Shown here one piece after another: positions 58,626-64,000 of a stretch of DNA of 64,000 bases. A program made the position numbers and the translations under genes. The stretch is from contig JBOEGF010000043.1 in the NCBI GenBank assembly GCA_050633305.1, positions 1 through 64,000 on the forward strand. The letters run 5' to 3'. Numbering within the stretch: position 1 is the first letter of the stretch; each line of letters starts with the position of its first letter. The notes beneath the pieces were generated by a model. The model saw only the letters and a list, made by a program, of their open reading frames with translations, was not told the DNA's origin and did not search any database. The stretch is from Nannocystales bacterium (GTDB lineage Bacteria > Myxococcota_A > Polyangia > Nannocystales > Nannocystaceae).

Positions 58626-58655
58626 GCCGAAATGTTACCATGGTAACATTTCGGC
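58626..58655. promoter_or_regulatory. Perfect 30-bp palindrome (operator-like)
   Basis: gccgaaatgttaccatggtaacatttcggc is its own reverse complement. Confidence 0.75.
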
Positions 58656-58656
58656 T

Positions 58657-59064
58657 GTGAACAGAGATAAAAATGGTGGTTGCGCCGTGTTCAGCGCTTT
58701 CGAAGCCGGGGACGTGGACGTCGAGACGTTCAACCACCGTGCGCATGTCCGCGTCGCGTGGCATGCGCTGGAGGCCCTCCCTCTGCTGGAGGCCCTCCCC
58801 CGGTTCTGTGCAGGCCTTCGGGCACTGGTTCGGGCACACGGCGCGGAGGCGAAGTTCAACGCGACGATGTCGGTGGCGTTTCTCCTGCTTGTGTCCGAGC
58901 GGCGCCGTCGTGGTGAGTCGTGGGCGGTGTTCGAGGAACGCGAGCACGACTTCATCGCCGCGGGGCTCGAGCCCGTCCTGGCCGTGTACGACCGCGAGCA
59001 GCTCGAGGCTCCTTGCGCCCGCGCGTCGTTCGAGCTGCCCGCGCTCGATGCCGTGGGAGGTTGA
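58657..59064 (+). CDS. Conserved hypothetical protein (F.H..H.R.AW family)
   Basis: FEAG.....FNHRAHVRVAW...KFNATMS..F; start uncertain (GTG 58657 or 58687). Confidence 0.7.
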   Translation: MNRDKNGGCAVFSAFEAGDVDVETFNHRAHVRVAWHALEALPLLEALPRFCAGLRALVRAHGAEAKFNATMSVAFLLLVSERRRRGESWAVFEEREHDFIAAGLEPVLAVYDREQLEAPCARASFELPALDAVGG

Positions 59065-59093
59065 GCGTGTGATCGGCTGATGGGGTGCAGCGT

Positions 59094-60068
59094 TCAGCAG
59101 CCGATGCGCTCGGTCGCGACGACGAGGTCATCGACCCACAGTTCATTGTCGAGGTTGCTGAAGCTGTGCCAGCCGACGATGAACTCGCTGAACTTCCCTC
59201 CGAGGAAGTCCGTGCCCAACGCCCCGTTGTTCCACTGCGCGGGGTCGCTGACGGCGTGGACTTCTTCTCCGTCCCTCCATGCGCGGACCTCATGGGGCTC
59301 CGTATCACCGAGGAACGCGACCTCGATGCAGTTCCACTGTCCCGCCTCGATCCTCGGCCCGCGACCCCAGTGCTTCATCGTCGGGGAGATGTCGTCGCTG
59401 GGGACCTCGTTCGTGCCGATCACGCCCTTGATCTCCCCGAAGCGGACCTCCTCGTTGGCTTGACCCACCGAGCCCCGCACACCGAGCAAGGTCTCGTGAT
59501 TGTTGCCGGGATTCTGGCCCAGCCCGACGGTCAGCCACACGTAGGCACGGACGTACACGCGGTTCGTCGTGGCCGGGAGTGGGCGGGTCAACATGGCGGG
59601 CGTGGAGCCACCCAGGACATGAAGCGCTTGGTCTCCGCTGCGTGCTCGGCTGTCGTCTGCGAGCGCGAAGGCGGACCCGCCGGGCTCGTTGTTCATGTTG
59701 ACGACGTACCCCACGAAGCTGTCCCAGCCCGCCGGAGTGGTCCCCGTCGCAGCGGCCTCGAAATCCTCCTCGAACAGGACTGTGGCTGGGTCGAAGGCGG
59801 TCGTCTCGACGGGATCCGGGTGACCGGTGCTGGACTCGTCCGTCGAAGGGTCGGTCGACGAGGAGCTGAGCCCGGTCGTCGTTGAAGGCATGCCCGTGGT
59901 GGCCGGGCTCTCGCTGCTCGTCCCTGGTTGCGTTGACCCCGAGTCTCCCGAGCCTTCGGCGGCTGCAGGACCGCGGCTCTCTCCGGTGTCCTCATCGGAC
60001 GCGGGAGACCCGCACGAGACTGCGTGCAGCGCGAGGGCAGGGCCGGACCAACGGGCGAACCACGACAT
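59094..60068 (-). CDS. Lipoprotein with Cip1-like (polysaccharide-lyase-like beta-sandwich) domain
   Basis: AVSC lipobox, Thr/Ser linker, FEEDFE, NRVYVRAYV, NHET, EVRFGE, WNCIEVAF, GWHSFS, WVDD. Confidence 0.7.
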   Translation of the reverse strand: MSWFARWSGPALALHAVSCGSPASDEDTGESRGPAAAEGSGDSGSTQPGTSSESPATTGMPSTTTGLSSSSTDPSTDESSTGHPDPVETTAFDPATVLFEEDFEAAATGTTPAGWDSFVGYVVNMNNEPGGSAFALADDSRARSGDQALHVLGGSTPAMLTRPLPATTNRVYVRAYVWLTVGLGQNPGNNHETLLGVRGSVGQANEEVRFGEIKGVIGTNEVPSDDISPTMKHWGRGPRIEAGQWNCIEVAFLGDTEPHEVRAWRDGEEVHAVSDPAQWNNGALGTDFLGGKFSEFIVGWHSFSNLDNELWVDDLVVATERIGC

Positions 60069-60113
60069 CACCTGGGTTGGGGCGGCGGTGGCCCACAACC
60101 GATGAAAAAAATC

Positions 60114-61274
60114 TCAGCTGAGGCGAGACTTGTAGTCCTCGTACCCGAAGCGTCGGTGCACGGTGATGGCGCCCGTTTGGGGGTCTGCCGTCGCGATGGA
60201 GGGGAGCCGGACGCCGTTGAACGTCGTGGTCTTGACCATCGTGTAGTGGATCATGTCCTCGAAGATCAGCTTGTCCCCTACTGAGAGGGGCTTCTCGAAG
60301 CTCCATTCTCCGATCACATCCCCCGCCAAACAGGTCAGACCGCCTAGGCGATAGCGGTGCGGGTGGGTGTCCGGGTCGTGCCCGCCGACGATCTGCGGCC
60401 GATACGGCATCTCCAGGACGTCCGGCATGTGGGCGGTGGCGGACGTGTCGAGGATCGCGGTCAGGCCGTCGTTGTCGACGATGTCGAGGACCGAGGCGAC
60501 CAGCACCCCGGTGTTTAGACCAATCGCTTCGCCGGGCTCAAGGTAGACCTGCACATCGTGGCGTTGCGCGAAGTCGCGGCACAACGAGATGAGCAGCTCT
60601 GTGTCGTAACCCGGCCGCGTGATGTGGTGGCCGCCGCCAAAGTTCACCCACTGCACTTGAGGCAGGAGGTGCCCAAACTTGGCCTCAAACGCCGCCAGAG
60701 TCCGTTGCAGCGCATCGGAGCCGAGTTCGCAGAGCGTGTGAAAGTGCAGCCCGCTGACGCCGTCCAACTCCACGCCCGCAAGCGCTGCCGCGGTGGTGCC
60801 CAGCCGGGACCCGGGCGCCGCGGGGTCGTACAACGCGACCTCGACCTCCCGGTGCTCATGGTTGAGCCGCAGTCCGAGCTCGACCCGAGTCCCCGTCTTC
60901 GCTTCATGAGCGTCCCGGCGTGGGCGTAGACGTTGCAGCTGGCTGGGCGAGTTGATGACGATGTGGCCGCACAGCTCGAGAAGCTCGTCGAAATCCGCAT
61001 CGGCATAGGCGGGCGCGGTCGCGTGGACCTCCCCGCCGAACGTCTCGCGCCCCAGTCGGGCCTCGTGGGTGGAACTCGACGTGACACCGGGCAGGCTCTG
61101 CTTCACCCGATCGAAGGTGCTCCACATCGCGAAGCCCTTGAGTGCGAGCAGGATCTTGCAACCCGACTCGCGCTGGACGTGCTCGAGGATCTTCAGGTTG
61201 CGCTCGAGCGCCCCGAGGTCGCAGACGAACGCGGGTGTCTCCAGCTGCGTGATGTCGTAGTCGAAGACGCCCAT
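60114..61274 (-). CDS. nspC: Carboxynorspermidine decarboxylase
   Basis: LLALKGFA, LYDPAAPGSRLG, GLHFHTLCE, NFGGGHHIT, EPGEA, TCLAGD, HYTMVKTTTFNG. Confidence 0.97.
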   Translation of the reverse strand: MGVFDYDITQLETPAFVCDLGALERNLKILEHVQRESGCKILLALKGFAMWSTFDRVKQSLPGVTSSSTHEARLGRETFGGEVHATAPAYADADFDELLELCGHIVINSPSQLQRLRPRRDAHEAKTGTRVELGLRLNHEHREVEVALYDPAAPGSRLGTTAAALAGVELDGVSGLHFHTLCELGSDALQRTLAAFEAKFGHLLPQVQWVNFGGGHHITRPGYDTELLISLCRDFAQRHDVQVYLEPGEAIGLNTGVLVASVLDIVDNDGLTAILDTSATAHMPDVLEMPYRPQIVGGHDPDTHPHRYRLGGLTCLAGDVIGEWSFEKPLSVGDKLIFEDMIHYTMVKTTTFNGVRLPSIATADPQTGAITVHRRFGYEDYKSRLS

Positions 61275-61278
61275 CGAG

Positions 61279-62472
61279 CTAGCCTTCGAGTTCGCGCACG
61301 TGCCAGGGCAGGCCGGACTCCGCCAACCGCTTGAGGAACGGCGCGGAGTCGAACTGCTCCATGTGCCAAACCCCGGGCTTCATCCACTGCCCCGTCAGCA
61401 TCATTTCGGCGCCAACCGTGGCCGGGACGCCGGTCGTGTACGAGACCGCCTGTGCCCGGACTTCCTTGTAGGTCTCGGCGTGGTCGCACGTGTTGTAGAC
61501 GAACACGGTCTTGTCGGCGCCATCCTTCTTGCCCTTGACCAGGCAGCCGATCGACGTCTTTCCGGTGTAGTTCGCGGCCAGGCTGGCGGGGTCGGGAAGC
61601 AGCGCCTTGAGGAACTCGATCGGGATGATCTCGCGCCCCTGAAACTGGATCGGTTCGATGCTGGTCATGCCAACGTTCTGCAGGACCTCGAGGTGCTTGA
61701 TGTAGGCGTCACCGAACGTCATCCAGAAGCGGAGCCGCTGCAGACCGGGGATGTGCTGGACCAGTGACTCGAGCTCCTCGTGATACAGGAGGTACGCCTT
61801 TCGCACGCCGACTTCGGGGAAGTCGAAGTCCATGCTCTGCGACATGGCCTCGATCTCCTTCCACTCGCCGCGTTCCCAGTACTTTCCTTTCTGCGTGATC
61901 TCCCGGATGTTGATCTCGGGGTTGAAGTTCGTTGCGAACGCGTGGCCGTGGTCGCCTCCGTTGCAGTCGAGGATGTCGATCGTCTCGATGGTGTCGAGCA
62001 GGTTGTCGCGGGCGTGAGCGCAGAACACGTTGGTCACGCCCGGGTCGAAGCCCGATCCCATGAGTGCCATGAGGCCGGCCTTCTCGAACCGCTCCCGGTA
62101 GGCCCACTGCCACTTGTATTCGAACTTGGCTTCGTCCCGTGGCTCGTAGTTCGCGGTGTCCATGTAGTGGACCCCCGTCTCCAGGCACGCGTCCATGATC
62201 GTGAGATCCTGGTAGGGCAGGGCGACGTTGATGACCAGCGCTGGACCGAACTCCCGGATGAGGGCGACCGTCTGCGGGACGTCGTCGGCATCGACGGCTG
62301 CCGTCGCGATGTCGCGGCCTGTCAGCTCCTTGACCGACGCCGCGATCGCGTCGCAGCGGCTCTTGGTACGGCTTGCGAGAAGGATCTCGCCGAACACGTC
62401 CGGGTTCTTGGCACACTTGTGGGCAACGACACCGCCGACGCCACCCGCTCCGATGATGAGGACCTTATGCAT
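61279..62472 (-). CDS. Carboxy(nor)spermidine synthase (saccharopine dehydrogenase family)
   Basis: VLIIGAGGVG, ALPYQDL, YMDTANYE, GFDPGVT, FATNFNPEINIRE; adjacent to nspC. Confidence 0.95.
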   Translation of the reverse strand: MHKVLIIGAGGVGGVVAHKCAKNPDVFGEILLASRTKSRCDAIAASVKELTGRDIATAAVDADDVPQTVALIREFGPALVINVALPYQDLTIMDACLETGVHYMDTANYEPRDEAKFEYKWQWAYRERFEKAGLMALMGSGFDPGVTNVFCAHARDNLLDTIETIDILDCNGGDHGHAFATNFNPEINIREITQKGKYWERGEWKEIEAMSQSMDFDFPEVGVRKAYLLYHEELESLVQHIPGLQRLRFWMTFGDAYIKHLEVLQNVGMTSIEPIQFQGREIIPIEFLKALLPDPASLAANYTGKTSIGCLVKGKKDGADKTVFVYNTCDHAETYKEVRAQAVSYTTGVPATVGAEMMLTGQWMKPGVWHMEQFDSAPFLKRLAESGLPWHVRELEG

Positions 62473-62552
62473 GGAGAAAGCGCCGCAGGTTAACACCTTT
62501 GGCGCAGGCCAAATCCTGCGCAGGTACCGCGGCGGAAGCGTATGATGCGGCC

Positions 62553-63428
62553 GTGAGCGTCCTGCTTCGCGTCGCCTACGACGGCACGGACTTCCATGGG
62601 TATGCGGCACAGAAACCGCGCCCCGATGGCTCCGAGATCCGGACCGTGCAGGTCGAGATCGAGAAAGCTCTCGCGGCGCTGTACAAGACCGCGTTGAGGG
62701 CCCGGACTGCGTCGCGGACCGATGCCGGGGTTCATGCGCTCGGGCAGCTGGTCGCCTTTGATCCCCCGACTCACATCCCGATGCCGGGACTTGTACGGGG
62801 CCTCAACTCCAAGATCCCCGATGACGTCGTCATCGTAGCCGCATGGGAGGAACCCGGCTTCATCGACGTACGCCACGGGAGTGAGGGCAAGTACTACCGC
62901 TATCGGATCCGTTGCACGGAGGTCCGCGACCCGATTCATCGTCGACAAGAGTGGAACCTGGGGCGGCGACTGGACCCGCGACCCATGAAGAGTGCTGCGG
63001 CCTCCTTTCCCGGGCGCCACGACTACGCGAGCTTCCGGGCCTCTGGTTGTCAGTCCAAAACCACCGAGCGGGTCGTCGAACAGGTCGAAATCACACATGG
63101 AGCGACCGCTCTGGGCCCGATGGGGGATCTGGGACGACTCGATGCTCGGGTGCGCAGGGGTGAGGCCGAACCGGGTCCCGCGTCCGCCTGGGGGCCGGAT
63201 TGGCTCGAGGTGCACGTGTGGGGCCAGGCCTTCCTCATGAACATGGTGCGGATCATGGTCGGCACCTTGGTGGAGGTCGGACTGGGCCGGCGCGCACCCA
63301 CATCGATCGACGAGTTGTTCGAGACCCCGGACCGGACGAAGGCGGGGATCACCGCTCCTGCGTGTGGTCTCACGCTGGTCGAGGTGCGATGGCCTCCCGA
63401 GGGGGAACGGATCCGCAACCGTAGTTGA
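62553..63428 (+). CDS. truA: tRNA pseudouridine(38-40) synthase
   Basis: AYDGTDFHG, SRTDAGVHA.GQ, FLMNMVRIMVG, TAPACGLTL. Confidence 0.97.
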   Translation: MSVLLRVAYDGTDFHGYAAQKPRPDGSEIRTVQVEIEKALAALYKTALRARTASRTDAGVHALGQLVAFDPPTHIPMPGLVRGLNSKIPDDVVIVAAWEEPGFIDVRHGSEGKYYRYRIRCTEVRDPIHRRQEWNLGRRLDPRPMKSAAASFPGRHDYASFRASGCQSKTTERVVEQVEITHGATALGPMGDLGRLDARVRRGEAEPGPASAWGPDWLEVHVWGQAFLMNMVRIMVGTLVEVGLGRRAPTSIDELFETPDRTKAGITAPACGLTLVEVRWPPEGERIRNRS

Positions 63429-63463
63429 CAGGCGCGGCGAGGGAGTCGAGGCTTGCCGGCGAG

Positions 63464-64000
63464 ATGGACGCGGTACCCAAGTCCCGACGCGAGCAGAAGA
63501 AAGCCGAGGTGCGCGACGCACTGGTGCAGGCCGCGGACACACTGTTCGTCGAACAGGGCTACGAGGGCACGACGGTCGATCAGATCGCCGAGCGCGCCGG
63601 CGTCTCCCGCCGCACCTTTTTCCGGTACTTCCCGAGCAAAGAGGCCATCGCGTTCCCGCGCGCCGAGGAGCGTCGTGACGCGTTCCGCACCCTGCTGCAG
63701 GAGCGGTTCGCCGAGCAGGACGCGTTGCCCGCAGTTCGAGCTGCCTGCCTCGAGGTTGGCAAGATGATGGTCTCCACTGCCGAGGAAGAACTGCGGCGTC
63801 AGAACGTGGTCGACGCGTCGCCCACGCTTCTCGCTGCCGACCTCGAAATCTACCGCGCGTGGGAGCAGGTCATCGCGGAAGCCGTGACTCGAAGCGGCGA
63901 TGCGGAGCGGGCGCGACTGGGCAAGCTGTTTGCCGCCGCGACGATCGGCATCGTGCGTTCGGTGTTGCGGGCCTGGTTTGACGCGGGTTGCAAAGGCGAT
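63464..64000 (+). CDS. TetR-family transcriptional regulator (runs off the window end)
   Basis: Translated by hand: MDAVPKSRREQKK...LFVEQGYEGTTVDQIAERAGVSRRTFFRYFPSKE. Confidence 0.93.
   Translation, partial: MDAVPKSRREQKKAEVRDALVQAADTLFVEQGYEGTTVDQIAERAGVSRRTFFRYFPSKEAIAFPRAEERRDAFRTLLQERFAEQDALPAVRAACLEVGKMMVSTAEEELRRQNVVDASPTLLAADLEIYRAWEQVIAEAVTRSGDAERARLGKLFAAATIGIVRSVLRAWFDAGCKGD

Noticed and set aside
1..64000. tRNA, rRNA and transposase genes
   Set aside because: No cloverleaf with a T-loop consensus, rRNA-like stretch or transposase ORF recognised by eye

Overview
GC-rich bacterial chromosome segment, most likely a myxobacterium of the Nannocystaceae type (inferred from the many Cys/Asp/Thr-rich lipoproteins, RCC1 and DNDCNG-repeat proteins and a NavPp-like channel). 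Positions 1-18.6 kb hold the tuf end plus the S10-spc-alpha ribosomal cluster, which is remodelled: rplC and rpsN are absent, a 3.7-kb two-gene insert separates rplO from secY, and a strongly degenerate IF-1-like gene sits at the infA position. Directly after rplQ lies an orphan, highly divergent flagellar-type export-gate set (fliO-fliP-fliQ-fliR-like). About 5.7 kb further on is an flhB-like gene reduced to its membrane part. No other flagellar or T3SS gene is visible, and FliP has lost its methionine gate; this is the best candidate for an undescribed system. The rest is housekeeping and accessory genes: priA, fmt, a BacNav-type channel, a thumb-reduced family-A polymerase, rplM-rpsI, nadK-recN, relA, dusB, an inactive M23 protein, the carboxy(nor)spermidine pathway, truA and TetR. 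Many genes have a -10 box only 6-8 nt before the start codon, consistent with leaderless transcripts. All family assignments come from motif recognition by eye; no database search was run.
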